Both the position numbers and the translations under genes were made by a program. Positions 54,277-64,000 of a stretch of DNA of 64,000 nt are shown here, one piece after another. The stretch is taken from positions 34,175 to 98,174 of IMG/VR virus record IMGVR_UViG_3300021399_000125; one strand, given 5' to 3'. Below the pieces are notes generated by a model, which saw nothing but the letters and a program-made list of their open reading frames with translations, ran no database searches and had not been told where the DNA came from. The DNA is from a virus (lineage: Duplodnaviria; Caudoviricetes). Numbering within the stretch: the stretch's first letter is position 1; the number at the start of each line of letters is the position of its first letter.

Positions 54277-54893
54277 TACTTCACAACCTCAATCGCAGGA
54301 CTCTCAGATGCGGCTTCCTGTTGGTTGCCCTTCTGCTCCATATAGGCCTTCACCAGCTTTTCCTCGTCCATGCGGCCTTCGGTGATTGCGGACACAATTT
54401 TGCTGAGATCTGCATTCTGCACGCCGGAGAATAACTCGTTGACCTGATTCAGAATTGCAGCTGCTTCGGCAAGCTGCTTCTCAACAGCGGCGATATGAGC
54501 GTCGGTCATGATTTCGATCTTGTCGTTGATTGCCGTCTCGATAGAGAACCACTGTCCTTTGTCGATGTATCCGCTGATAATCTCAGGGAGATTGGACCGC
54601 ACAATCAGCTCATATTGCTTCTCGACATTGACAGGCAGCGAGAGATTCGTGTAGCAAATCAGCATACACCGCCCAACAGAAAAATCGCGCATCTCCGGCC
54701 GGTACTCCCCGGTGTCCGGGTTGATACAATCGCTCACCGCCTTACTCACAAGCGCAGACATCTCTTTCAGCGAGAGGAAACGCTTCACATTGATTTCCAG
54801 CCCGTTCCAACAGACCACAGTCTCTGTATCGCCCATAGTATTTACAGCATCGGTCAGTGCGTTGATAGAAATTCTCTTACCTTTTGTTACCAT
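54276..54893 (-). CDS. Hypothetical protein, possible tail assembly chaperone
   Basis: AAGGAG SD; located between the tail tube and TMP genes. Confidence 0.7.
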   Translation of the reverse strand: MVTKGKRISINALTDAVNTMGDTETVVCWNGLEINVKRFLSLKEMSALVSKAVSDCINPDTGEYRPEMRDFSVGRCMLICYTNLSLPVNVEKQYELIVRSNLPEIISGYIDKGQWFSIETAINDKIEIMTDAHIAAVEKQLAEAAAILNQVNELFSGVQNADLSKIVSAITEGRMDEEKLVKAYMEQKGNQQEAASESPAIEVVK

Positions 54894-54908
54894 GTGATAA
54901 TTCTCCTT

Positions 54909-55364
54909 TTACTCAGTTAACAATACAATTATTTCAGTTCTTGGATTTTCTGTATCGATAAAGCACTCAAGTGTTAATTTTGTCACGCATTCAAAATCGT
55001 CGTCTTCCACAAATTTGCTTTCAACCAAACCGTCTATGATAAACTTCGGTACGCTGTTATCAATGTCGTGCCTTCGGTGGTTCGGATAGAACGTTTTAAA
55101 ATGGAGCTCACATCGCTTGATGTGTAGGTTAGTGTAACCTTGACGTTCTATCATCCAGGTGATAAAGGCCTTCCACTTTCCTTTGAGCGCATTCATTTGT
55201 GGCCGCCGCATGATCATCCAGGTGTTAATGGATTCATGATACGGCTGCTTGATCGGCGGAACGTGTGCACGCGGGTGTGCTTTAAAATATTCCTCTGTGT
55301 ATTCCGCAATGGTCTGTTTGTCAAAGACCAATTTGATTTCTTTAATGATTCTCACCGCCGTCAT
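54909..55364 (-). CDS. RusA-like Holliday junction resolvase
   Basis: RRHDIDN..PKFIIDGLV.....EDD...NPRTEI. Confidence 0.8.
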   Translation of the reverse strand: MTAVRIIKEIKLVFDKQTIAEYTEEYFKAHPRAHVPPIKQPYHESINTWMIMRRPQMNALKGKWKAFITWMIERQGYTNLHIKRCELHFKTFYPNHRRHDIDNSVPKFIIDGLVESKFVEDDDFECVTKLTLECFIDTENPRTEIIVLLTE

Positions 55365-55366
55365 TC

Positions 55367-55401
55367 AAAAAATGGGAGCCAGCAGTATTTTGCTGGCTCC
55401 C
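55367..55401 (-). terminator. Rho-independent terminator
   Basis: GGGAGCCAGCA-6 nt loop-TGCTGGCTCCC followed by ATTTTTT on the - strand. Confidence 0.75.
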
Positions 55402-55407
55402 GTCGTG

Positions 55408-55710
55408 TTATTTGCGCTTCGTTGCGCGTCGCTTGCTTTCTGTATTTGAAGTCTGGGCAGGGGAGAGCGCGTCTTCGCTTGTGCCGTCTTCCGGCACAAT
55501 CTCCACAACGACCTTCGTGCCGTCAAGCTCCCGCACGTCTGCAACCCGATCAGCGTGACGAGCTCTCAAAACAGCATTCAAATAGGCCGCCCCACACTCA
55601 GGGGAACAGCCTACGTCCTGCCATCGATAGGTCCCGGCGTTTGTCGGTGCTGTGCGGCAGGCAACGTAGGCCTTCCCACAATTCTTACAGATCCTTGTTA
55701 CCTGAGCCAT
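55408..55710 (-). CDS. Small Zn-binding protein
   Basis: CKNCGKAY.AC...W...GCSPEC. Confidence 0.75.
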   Translation of the reverse strand: MAQVTRICKNCGKAYVACRTAPTNAGTYRWQDVGCSPECGAAYLNAVLRARHADRVADVRELDGTKVVVEIVPEDGTSEDALSPAQTSNTESKRRATKRK

Positions 55711-55722
55711 AGGTCAGAGTAA

Positions 55723-56529
55723 TCAGTCAGCGTCCTCAGCGTCGGCGCCAAACACAGTGCAAGTCCAGAACACACCGCCGCCGGCAGAAGCGCCGCAGCC
55801 GGAGCCGCTGGCCAGAGCCTCAGCCTCGAAAGCATGGACAGACTGAGAGTCGCCCATCTCGAAGGAGAACTCGCCGCTGAAGTCGGCCTTGGGGATGTAG
55901 AACTGCACATGGTACACATTGCCGCACTTGTCTTCGCCGATGGCGTCGATGTACAGCTGCACCTTAGCGGCGTAGTTGTCGCTCTTGTTCTCCATCACAG
56001 AGGCAGAGGCGATCTTCCGCTTGTAAATCACGAAGATCTCGGTGCCGTCGGTGATGCCGGACAGAGTGATCTGCTTGGTGGCGGGGTCATAAGAGAACTT
56101 GCCGGCGGCGGCAGTAGAATCCTGAGTCAGCTTCTGATCCAGGGCGGAGTTCTTCTTAGTCCACAGCTCCTGAATCTCGGCGCCGGCGGTACCGGCGGCC
56201 TTATAGGAAGTCTCGGCCTTGTTGTTCTTCACGGTCAGGTAGTCATACCACTGGACCTCCTGCTCGGTAGCATCCTCAAAGGTGGAGCCGGCCTGAGACG
56301 CCAGCAGACCGAAGGAGATCATACCGTTGTTGCCGGAGACGGTGACAGCCTTATTCCGCTTCAGAGAGGTCAGCTTTCGGCCCTGCTTACCGGTGATGTC
56401 GACCTTTTCCTCAGTCTGAGCGATGGTGGCAGACTGCAGCTCATCCAGGGTAAACAGATAGCTGCCCTGCTGAATATCATACGCCTGAATGGTCTCCAGA
56501 CTGGTAATCGCAAGATCGTTAATATTCAT
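55723..56529 (-). CDS. Major tail (tube) protein
   Basis: Highly biased codons, GGAGG SD, position and size. Confidence 0.75.
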   Translation of the reverse strand: MNINDLAITSLETIQAYDIQQGSYLFTLDELQSATIAQTEEKVDITGKQGRKLTSLKRNKAVTVSGNNGMISFGLLASQAGSTFEDATEQEVQWYDYLTVKNNKAETSYKAAGTAGAEIQELWTKKNSALDQKLTQDSTAAAGKFSYDPATKQITLSGITDGTEIFVIYKRKIASASVMENKSDNYAAKVQLYIDAIGEDKCGNVYHVQFYIPKADFSGEFSFEMGDSQSVHAFEAEALASGSGCGASAGGGVFWTCTVFGADAEDAD

Positions 56530-56550
56530 ATCGGAATTCCTCCTGTTATG

Positions 56551-57267
56551 TTATTTGTTAGTGAGCCAGTTCAGCTTGTCCTGACTAATGTCACTAACCT
56601 TAACGGTGCCGGAATAGACACCGTGCATCAGATTTTGATAATCAACTTTTTTCACGACTTGGTAGACACTCTCATTAAACTGATAAAGCGTCATGTCTCT
56701 GACGCTTTGAAAGTCATATTTAAACTGTTCAGTGTTCACCATCGCGATAATCAACCCTTCGAGCTGCGAATCGTAAGAGCGGTTCTTCCTCCGCTTTTGC
56801 TTTTCGCGCTCCCTCTTCAATAAGTATTCTTTCGCATCCTCGTTGCCGGGCTTGCGCCGGTTCTTTTCCAGGTGATTGATCTTCCGCAGCGTTGCGGCGA
56901 TCTGCACCTGAATCCCGCGGTCGATGACGATATCATCGTCCTTGTCGTATAACACCACGTTTCCGTTTTCCTTGTGCTGAAAAACCTGAAACTTTGTGAT
57001 GTCAAGGTCTCCGAAGATCATGCTTGTGTCCAGCCCCTTCATGCCGTCAAACATGAGCAGGAACAGCTCATATTCAGTAATCTTCGTAAAGTCTATGCCG
57101 ACATCGTCCAGCTGGACCATCATGTCATACGGCATGCAGGTCAAGGATGACAGCATACTATAATACAGCTCCTCATGATCAACCACCTCTCCGACCTTTG
57201 GGATGGTGATGCTGATCCGATCTGTGATCGGATAGGAGTCCTTATATAATAAATTGATAGTCCCCAT
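56551..57267 (-). CDS. Virion morphogenesis hypothetical protein
   Basis: DMTLYQFN..V....K......GVYSG motif. Confidence 0.7.
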   Translation of the reverse strand: MGTINLLYKDSYPITDRISITIPKVGEVVDHEELYYSMLSSLTCMPYDMMVQLDDVGIDFTKITEYELFLLMFDGMKGLDTSMIFGDLDITKFQVFQHKENGNVVLYDKDDDIVIDRGIQVQIAATLRKINHLEKNRRKPGNEDAKEYLLKREREKQKRRKNRSYDSQLEGLIIAMVNTEQFKYDFQSVRDMTLYQFNESVYQVVKKVDYQNLMHGVYSGTVKVSDISQDKLNWLTNK

Positions 57268-57767
57268 CAGCCGGTCTTTCGGTTGTGGGGAATTGGCTTG
57301 CCGGTCGGTGACAGCCGGTTAAAGTCTGTCGCGTCAAAAGTGAGCAGCTTCCCCTGATAGTCTGTCATAGGCGCAAACCTCTTAACAGAGTACAGGTTCA
57401 GCTCTCCAAGACCGTAAAATCTGCTTCCGTTAATCACCTTCGAGATCTCGCAGCACAGCTTGTCCGTTCTCACGCCGCCCTCCGGCAGACGCATCTTGGA
57501 CTTGTGCGCGAACACCCAGATATAGATGACGGGACAGAGATAAGTCTTGCTCGTCACGCTCTGGATATCTACGTCGAAGCAGATATATGTCCCGCCGTAT
57601 TCCACTGTTTCCGGAACGTAGTCATATGGGAAGACCCTGCGATACGCAAGCTCTTCTGTTGCGGTACTCCCGGTCTCTTCATCTCGCAGCAGCTCACAAA
57701 TCGTTTCGTTGGTCAGCAGATCCTTCATCAGCTGATTCTTATAATCAAAGAATTCTTCCAAATACAT
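57267..57767 (-). CDS. Putative tail terminator/head-tail protein
   Basis: Position in the head-tail block; RVFPYDYVP, RTDKL. Confidence 0.6.
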   Translation of the reverse strand: MYLEEFFDYKNQLMKDLLTNETICELLRDEETGSTATEELAYRRVFPYDYVPETVEYGGTYICFDVDIQSVTSKTYLCPVIYIWVFAHKSKMRLPEGGVRTDKLCCEISKVINGSRFYGLGELNLYSVKRFAPMTDYQGKLLTFDATDFNRLSPTGKPIPHNRKTG

Positions 57768-58528
57768 TACAGCCACACCTTCTTTCCTGGCTCTTCTGCG
57801 TGCCCAGGATCACCGGACGACTGTCGCGGGAAGTGCTTGTAATAGTCCGGAATCATCAACTCCAGATTATCGTCATCAGTGGTGTTGACCTCCTGAATAA
57901 CAAATTTCAGCACACCGGTGATAGAATCTGCACCGTGTGTGCCGTAGGTTGCGCCTACCTTCAGCGGCTTCGTGAGTGAGTATGCCATCACATCCTCAGA
58001 CAACGGATCGTCGATCAAAAAGCGAGTCTTTCGATTCAGCTTTGCCGTGTATTCGTTTCGGCCGATGGTGAGGTACATTCTGGTGTCGCCGCGTGTGGTG
58101 ACAAAATATTTGTCTTCAAATTCGCCTGTAAGATATTTCGTTCCGTCTTCCACAATGCACCACTGCTCGTGGATTACGTGCTCCGCATCGATCCATTTCA
58201 GCAGATAGTTGCACTGCAGCATAACCGCTCTGGAATAGATCTCATTTGCCACGTCTTTGTCCGTAATCAGCCAGTAGTTGTCCATCCAGTGGACAAGCCC
58301 ACCATGAGGCAGATCCTCTCCGGGCATGGAGTAAATGTACTTCTGGTTCAGATTATCAGAGTTGATAATCGCGACGCTTCGTTCAACTCCGGCGACGTCT
58401 GCAATTTGAAAAGACAAATTGTCAGGCAGCTTTCTGTCCACATAGTCATAGAACCTATGCTTTGAGGCGTTGCGCCTGGTGCTGCCGCACTGTTCAATCC
58501 GCGCTTGATATAAGTCCCATGCACTCAT
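57767..58528 (-). CDS. Putative head closure protein
   Basis: G.LVHW...WLI...MLQCNY.LKW. Confidence 0.6.
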   Translation of the reverse strand: MSAWDLYQARIEQCGSTRRNASKHRFYDYVDRKLPDNLSFQIADVAGVERSVAIINSDNLNQKYIYSMPGEDLPHGGLVHWMDNYWLITDKDVANEIYSRAVMLQCNYLLKWIDAEHVIHEQWCIVEDGTKYLTGEFEDKYFVTTRGDTRMYLTIGRNEYTAKLNRKTRFLIDDPLSEDVMAYSLTKPLKVGATYGTHGADSITGVLKFVIQEVNTTDDDNLELMIPDYYKHFPRQSSGDPGHAEEPGKKVWL

Positions 58529-58884
58529 TGTCCCGCCTCCGTCCTGCGGCTCTGTGTGATAAGCTCACACTTCGCCCGAAGCTTGTTGCAGATGGAGATC
58601 GCACGGAACACCTCTCTGCGCACCTCGCGGACAGGGCAGTCCGGGTGATCGATCAGATACTGTAAAATCGCAGTAAGCGAGAATAACTGCGGGTCGTAAT
58701 CCAGCATTTGGGACATTGCAGCGCATCCAAGCAGCTCTCTCTGCAGGCTTTTCATGTAAAGGTCGATTGAGGGATCTCCTTCTTCCTTCAATGGCAGAAT
58801 TTTGAAGAACATGTTCACCAGACTCTTGAAGTAATTCTGAATCATGCGGCCGTCAGGCTGGCCGGACCAATTTGCCCCGGTCAT
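58525..58884 (-). CDS. Hypothetical protein
   Basis: FKILPLKEE...VRREVF. Confidence 0.7.
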   Translation of the reverse strand: MTGANWSGQPDGRMIQNYFKSLVNMFFKILPLKEEGDPSIDLYMKSLQRELLGCAAMSQMLDYDPQLFSLTAILQYLIDHPDCPVREVRREVFRAISICNKLRAKCELITQSRRTEAGQ

Positions 58885-59324
58885 AGATGCAGCCTCGTCA
58901 GATCCCCGTGAGCATAGCTGTACTCCAGGAGCATCTGTGTGTAATTCTTCCTCGCCTGGTTGTGAACATTGCTTACCTGTTTCAGAAGCTCAGAAGGGGA
59001 GTACGTTGTGAAATCTCTTGTGTTGATCACGTTCTCCAGATTCTCCTGGCGATAGGCGTATGGCTTCAGCCATTGGACGATCATGCCCTCTGAAATCATA
59101 TTGACAAGCTCATCCTCGCTCGACTGGCTGATTCCCTGAAATACCAAGCCGTCCTGGGTGAACTCCGGGTTGCGGATGCGGAGTCTTGAGGTTAACTCAG
59201 ACACCGTCCGTCTCAAAAATCCATCCACTACATCTTCTCTTGCGTTGCCATCCAGACGCAGGAGGTCAAATTCAGTGATCTTACCCAGAAAGGCTCCGAC
59301 GATCTCCTCGTTTGTAATGGTCAT
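58881..59324 (-). CDS. Putative head-tail adaptor
   Basis: FLGKITE, MIVQWL, DFTTYSP..LL. Confidence 0.6.
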   Translation of the reverse strand: MTITNEEIVGAFLGKITEFDLLRLDGNAREDVVDGFLRRTVSELTSRLRIRNPEFTQDGLVFQGISQSSEDELVNMISEGMIVQWLKPYAYRQENLENVINTRDFTTYSPSELLKQVSNVHNQARKNYTQMLLEYSYAHGDLTRLHL

Positions 59325-59335
59325 AGGACGCCTCC

Positions 59336-59905
59336 TTAGTGTTCTATCAGTTCCACGCCAATAGCAGCTTCAATCGCGGCGATACGCTTTCTGGAGTCGA
59401 TCTCTCCGCTTGCAATCAGCTCCTTTGCCCGATACGCCACGGAGCTCTTCTGCCCCTTCGGCATCTTTGAGAGCTTTTCCTTCAGGACGTCTGCGTCCAG
59501 CTTGAAAAGATCATCGAACTTATCAATATTGATGGAGTTCTTGTAATAGGGGCGCACACCGAGATAATCGATGACCCACGGCTCCTTGAACATAAACCAA
59601 TTGTTCTCAAAGAACGGCTTCGCAGAGTTCTTTGCGTTGCGCAGCTCCTTCAGCTCAATTTCCTGTTCAGAACCGAACTTGTCCCACACCCAGCGTTCGC
59701 CGGTGCGCTTGGAGATATAAACCAGTCTGCCCTGGAACCCGTTCCGCACAACAACGGTGTCGTTCTGATCCACTCGTTTTGGAACGATGGGCTTCTCCTG
59801 TACTGCCTCCATATTTTCCGCGCTCTGCTCTGCAGCCTTCGTCACGATCTCTTCTGTGCTCTCAGCCGCCTCAGACGCTGCCTTTTTTGTAGATTTCTGT
59901 GCCAT
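59336..59905 (-). CDS. Hypothetical protein downstream of the capsid gene
   Basis: AAAGGAG SD. Confidence 0.75.
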   Translation of the reverse strand: MAQKSTKKAASEAAESTEEIVTKAAEQSAENMEAVQEKPIVPKRVDQNDTVVVRNGFQGRLVYISKRTGERWVWDKFGSEQEIELKELRNAKNSAKPFFENNWFMFKEPWVIDYLGVRPYYKNSINIDKFDDLFKLDADVLKEKLSKMPKGQKSSVAYRAKELIASGEIDSRKRIAAIEAAIGVELIEH

Positions 59906-59970
59906 ACTTTTCTCCTTTTATTCAATAAGGTCTCCCCACGTGCAGCAGGGAGACCTTTGCAGCGATTGGA

Positions 59971-60987
59971 TTAGGCCAGGTTGTAACGGCCGACACCGGC
60001 GTTGCCGCCGGCCAGCACGATACCCATGCCGTACCGCTCGCCATAGAAATACTCGTGGGTCAGGTCCATGTTATCCTTGGGCTCACGCACAAAGACCAGA
60101 GGATCGCCCTCGTAGACCACCTTGATGGGCTTGTCGTCGCCGGCGATGATGGTCAGCATATTGTCGTCCATGACAAACTCGGTGGTGCCGATCTTATGCC
60201 GCTGAGGTGTCACCACAACGGGTGTGCCGTAGAACTTGCCTACATAGCCCAGGTTGTACATATCGCTCTCAGCCTCGCGGCCCATCACGATACCGGGCAG
60301 CAGCTGACGTGCAGCCTTCTTGGTGCACACGATGGTGGCCTGCTTGCCGCCGGCAGCAGCCTCAACGTGAGAGATCACGTCCAGCAACTCGTCCTCGTCA
60401 AAGGAACCGGCAGAGGGGAAGAAGGCCACGCCGCCCAGATCCGCAGCAGAGGCGTTGCTCCACAGCGCGTACACGTCGTTGGCCAGCTTCTGGCGGAAGG
60501 ACTCGGCGACCTTGTCGATCATCGCGTTGAAGTCGATCCGGCCGGCAAGGACGCGGTTCAACTCCTCATAGATTCTCACGGTCTTCATAGTGGTGGGGAT
60601 AGAGGTTTCGGTCTGATCGCCAAGTCTCTGGCGACGGACGGCCTGAGTACCCTCGGCGGTGTCGGCAACCACAAAGAGGTTGTTGTCGTCCACAATAAAC
60701 AGATTCTCATCACCAAGAGCCAGGTTGCGGAAGTCAACCATAGCCATGAAGAAATCGTCGTTCTGCAGACCCTCTACAACGGTGCGGGACAGAATCTCCT
60801 CCACAAGGCGGAACAGGCCGTTAGCCTTGCCGTCGCGGAGATTCTTATAATTCAGCTTAGTGCTGCCGCCGTTGGCCTCAATCAGAGCCTGGCGCAGCAG
60901 ATCCTGAGACTCACTGACGGAGTACTTTTCAACCTTGCCGTGATAGGCGTCAACGGCAAGCTTCACAATATCGTTCATGTGATCCAT
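59971..60987 (-). CDS. Major capsid protein
   Basis: 338 aa, strong codon bias, follows the protease and decoration genes; HK97-like GKFYGTPVV. Confidence 0.82.
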   Translation of the reverse strand: MDHMNDIVKLAVDAYHGKVEKYSVSESQDLLRQALIEANGGSTKLNYKNLRDGKANGLFRLVEEILSRTVVEGLQNDDFFMAMVDFRNLALGDENLFIVDDNNLFVVADTAEGTQAVRRQRLGDQTETSIPTTMKTVRIYEELNRVLAGRIDFNAMIDKVAESFRQKLANDVYALWSNASAADLGGVAFFPSAGSFDEDELLDVISHVEAAAGGKQATIVCTKKAARQLLPGIVMGREAESDMYNLGYVGKFYGTPVVVTPQRHKIGTTEFVMDDNMLTIIAGDDKPIKVVYEGDPLVFVREPKDNMDLTHEYFYGERYGMGIVLAGGNAGVGRYNLA

Positions 60988-61128
60988 TGTTGTTCTCCTT
61001 ATGTAAATGATTGTAGTGATAAAACTACAGTGTCTTTATGTGCTTTATTTGCAATGACTCAAACACAAAACCGGCACTCATGCCAGTCGCGACAGATCGC
61101 CGCGGTGTATGCGTTATCGCTGCGCTTA

Positions 61129-61719
61129 TTATGCGAGCGGGTTGCTGTAGAACTGACCGCCGACCTCAATCACGTAGAATGTATTGGCGCCGGCCTTTTC
61201 AATCGCGACGATAGTACCAATCACCGAACTGTCTCTGGGGGTTAAATCACCGGGATGCATAATGGCAATCTTGCCGTCCTTCAAAGAGACAATCTTAAGC
61301 GCCAGATCGCCAACCGCAGGGTCGGTGGGATCTGCTTCAGGGTCCGCGTCGCTTTCAGTCACAAGGCAATCTCTGGTCACGCCGAAAGAGTCGCCAATGT
61401 TCAGCAGGTAGCCGCGGGAGATCCGGCCGGCCTCATTGTAGAAATCGCTCAGACTCCGCAGTCTGGGGTCATAGGTCAGCTCGGGGGTTGCAATCAGAAC
61501 CAGTCCGGCACCATCCACTTCAGTGGGAATGTCGCTGACAGCATAAACCTCTCGCTCGCCGTCAATCAGCTTGCCCATGTAAACGACGCAGCCGTTGTCG
61601 ATATCGGCAGGCTCGCCGTCAACGTAATACATCACAGACCGCATATCCTTCCGGTTGTCGGTACCGGAGAGTCTGTCAGTGCGGACCACGCCGTGCTTCT
61701 TATTAGAACCAATAGACAT
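61129..61719 (-). CDS. Capsid decoration/cement-like protein
   Basis: IDNG.VV..G.L..GERE...F.NEAG..RGY.L..GD.F; lies between protease and MCP. Confidence 0.6.
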   Translation of the reverse strand: MSIGSNKKHGVVRTDRLSGTDNRKDMRSVMYYVDGEPADIDNGCVVYMGKLIDGEREVYAVSDIPTEVDGAGLVLIATPELTYDPRLRSLSDFYNEAGRISRGYLLNIGDSFGVTRDCLVTESDADPEADPTDPAVGDLALKIVSLKDGKIAIMHPGDLTPRDSSVIGTIVAIEKAGANTFYVIEVGGQFYSNPLA

Positions 61720-61790
61720 GTGTATTCCTCCTATATAATTTCAATTGTCATACAGTAAGCCGTCTGAAAAGACGGCAGCATAAAATATCG

Positions 61791-63332
61791 TTAGGCCTTG
61801 TAGCCGTATCTCACAAACACGCCGCCGTAGGGCTCTTTCTCACCGGCGGAAGCGCCGGCGTCAAGCGGCAGCTTCGGCGCTGCGTTCTGTGTGCTCTGGT
61901 CAACAGAGAACTTTTTCAGGGCGGCCATACGGCCGACCATCGCGTAGCAGCGCTCCTCCAGCTGCTCGGGGGTATAGCTGCCGGCGTCGGCCTTCAGCTG
62001 CTCGTACGCCTCTGTGCCGTCCAGAGCATGGAAGCGGTCAAGCACATTCTGCCTGGCAGCGTCTGCTTCCTTCTGCTCGGTCTGCAGCCGGAACTGGCGC
62101 AGGGTATCGAGCTCCTGTTCATAATGTGCAACAATTCTGGAGAATGTACCGCCGACCTCGTCGGTCATCTCGCCGTTGTCATACGGCACAAAGGTATACT
62201 TCATCCGCTGCTTGCTGTCAAAGTCCACCAGCACACGGTCGCCGGACATTACAAACTTAAACCCGTAGATCAGCCAATCGGAGATATCCATCACATAGAC
62301 TTCCTTCAGATCGAAGTCGTAGTCGATAACGCTATACCTGGGCTCCATCCCCCACGGCATCTCAATCTTTTCCTGGCCGATCACCGCGCAGAGCTCTTCT
62401 CGCACATGGCTCTCCAGCGCATACTGCTGCGCAGCATCGTTGGCGTGCTCCTCCCGGTCGGTGGGATCCTGCTCGTCGATATGCTCGTCCTGGCTATCGT
62501 CCTGCGCCTGCGCTTCGGTGAACTCTACGTGCTCCTGCTCCTCGTTCAGAGCAAATTCCTCAGCAGGATTCTCCTGCGCAGTCTGATCCATTTCGGCAAT
62601 GTTTTCGGATTCCTTCACTGTTTCTCCTCCTTCCTCAGAGAAATATTGGTCTTCCTCTGTTCTGGAGGTGACCGTGTTTGAATTTGAAAATGCTTCCTTC
62701 AGCTCCTGCATCATCTGCGACATCTTCTCTCTGAAACTCTGCAGCGAGAAGACCTCAAGAGACGAGCCCTCGAAACATGGGCAGTCCCTTTCAAGAAGAC
62801 ACAGCGCCTGGAATTCAAATTGACGAATTCTGTACAAACCAGCGTTTTCATCAAAAGCGCCGTCAAGAACGTCAATCTCCATGGAGTGATCGACCTTGCC
62901 GTCCAAATCCTCCGTAATATGGCGAAAGACGGGTTGCCGCTTCCACAGCAGCACCCCGTCTATCACAAGGTATTCATGTAAAATGCCGTTTTCATCCACG
63001 TCCTCCTGAAAGGAAAACGCGGCGTGCTCCGGTACCACACCGCACGGCTCTGTCAGCGGAACAAGCTGAACCTCGTCATTTCCGTTCCGCTCCACCGCAA
63101 GGTCGTGCCCGCCGATCATATTCTCCTCCGGCATATAATGTGCCACGATTGGGATGTTGTACAGCGTCGGTAGTGCCGCTTCCACAACCTCCCTGTCGAT
63201 GGAGGATCTGTTCCGGTTCGGCCCGGTGTACATGACCTTGATTCTGCCCTCCGCAAAGGACGAATTCAGATCCTTCTGGTTTGTCACAGAGGCATGATTG
63301 GTCTCATATCGGAGATTCATGACCTGCCTCAT
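61791..63332 (-). CDS. Prohead protease/scaffold fusion
   Basis: G.NRN.S, PIVAH, LLWKR, SMEI, F.ALCLL..PCFE; acidic coiled-coil C-terminus. Confidence 0.78.
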   Translation of the reverse strand: MRQVMNLRYETNHASVTNQKDLNSSFAEGRIKVMYTGPNRNRSSIDREVVEAALPTLYNIPIVAHYMPEENMIGGHDLAVERNGNDEVQLVPLTEPCGVVPEHAAFSFQEDVDENGILHEYLVIDGVLLWKRQPVFRHITEDLDGKVDHSMEIDVLDGAFDENAGLYRIRQFEFQALCLLERDCPCFEGSSLEVFSLQSFREKMSQMMQELKEAFSNSNTVTSRTEEDQYFSEEGGETVKESENIAEMDQTAQENPAEEFALNEEQEHVEFTEAQAQDDSQDEHIDEQDPTDREEHANDAAQQYALESHVREELCAVIGQEKIEMPWGMEPRYSVIDYDFDLKEVYVMDISDWLIYGFKFVMSGDRVLVDFDSKQRMKYTFVPYDNGEMTDEVGGTFSRIVAHYEQELDTLRQFRLQTEQKEADAARQNVLDRFHALDGTEAYEQLKADAGSYTPEQLEERCYAMVGRMAALKKFSVDQSTQNAAPKLPLDAGASAGEKEPYGGVFVRYGYKA

Positions 63333-63458
63333 CGTTATGACCTCCTGATTGTATTGATTGATTGATTGTAGGCTTTATCTTTCTTGAAACGCTATGTGCA
63401 CTACGTTTCATCTCTTGGATTGTCCCGACGGCCTGTTTCCCGTCATTGTTGTACTTCC

Positions 63459-64000
63459 TTACTTGTCAGAAATCACGAGCGATTTATTTAATTTACCTGC
63501 TTGAATTGAACAAAGCCCATAATAAAGCGATTCACTTCCGTTGTTTAACATAAAATACCATGTAACCACCGTATTACCATCGTATTTGAAGTCGAAATCT
63601 TCGGCAGTTTTGGTTGCGTCGCTGATACGAAGTCTAAAGATTGCTCCAAACCTTGTATTAATTCCTACTTTGGTACGTCCAACGCCAACAGTTTTTGAAT
63701 ATCCAGCAGATACGGGAACTTCTGATTTAGCTGTGCAAACGTACCCGTCCGCAATTTCCAACGATCCTAAAAACGACATCATTGTGCTACTGTCATTTTG
63801 AATAGTTAACTGCGAAATTACAGGTTCTGGAACATTTACAACAGCACTTGCCTTTTGTGTTACGTCATATGTTCCGTTTTCGGTAATTGTAATACTGCCG
63901 CTTGAAGGATTCGGGACGTTTACCTTAGCGTTTGCAAATTTCGCAACGTTATATGTTCCGTTCTTAGTAATCGTCTTCGTTCCGCCGGGGACAGTGATGC
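63459..64000 (-). CDS. Repeat-containing virion protein (5' end outside the window)
   Basis: Frame is open to the window edge: GTKTITKNGTYNVAKFANAKVNVP / GSITITENGTYDVTQKASAVVNVP. Confidence 0.7.
   Translation of the reverse strand, partial: ITVPGGTKTITKNGTYNVAKFANAKVNVPNPSSGSITITENGTYDVTQKASAVVNVPEPVISQLTIQNDSSTMMSFLGSLEIADGYVCTAKSEVPVSAGYSKTVGVGRTKVGINTRFGAIFRLRISDATKTAEDFDFKYDGNTVVTWYFMLNNGSESLYYGLCSIQAGKLNKSLVISDK

Larger units (their letters stand above)
1..64000. mobile_element. Segment of a large temperate siphophage-like genome (SPbeta-like organisation), excised/attP-intact form
   Basis: Capsid, tail, tape measure, holin, integrase, xis, attP and a phage replisome; two convergent gene blocks meet at attP; no host housekeeping operon context. 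Confidence 0.93.

Noticed and set aside
63347-63369. GATT tandem repeat upstream of the protease gene
   Set aside because: Too short to support phase variation or any specific function

Overview
The whole 64 kb window is part of a large temperate tailed phage of a Firmicutes host, probably Clostridia (inferred from sigma-A promoters, strong SD sites, GTAG-type REPs and an anaerobic RNR). Its layout resembles the Bacillus SPbeta group. The + strand (1-35.5 kb) carries, in order: an accessory/anti-defence region (ArdA C-terminus, tRNA-CAT, macro domain, radical SAM, Lar-like protein, many small ORFs), a ~0.8 kb densely base-paired non-coding stretch ending in a tRNA-like domain, a REP cluster, GP88-like and IscS genes, a self-contained mazF-mrpR-like operon, a recombination/replication module (ERF, SSB-like, PD-(D/E)XK nuclease, DnaB, primase, DnaE), a nucleotide module (ThyX-like, kinase, glutaredoxin, NrdD, NrdG, GlyA, dUTPase), then xis and int. 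An intact attP follows, with the 3' half of tRNA-Pro(GGG), arm repeats and 10-bp phased repeats, so this is the excised or virion form. The - strand (36-64 kb) carries protease/scaffold, capsid, head-tail, tail, a 3225-aa tape measure, baseplate and holin genes. The best candidates for new biology are (i) the large ornate ncRNA at ~3.95-4.74 kb and (ii) the antitoxin-less MazF with an apparent ATC start that is coupled to an MrpR-like repressor. All family assignments come from motif recognition by eye; no searches were run.
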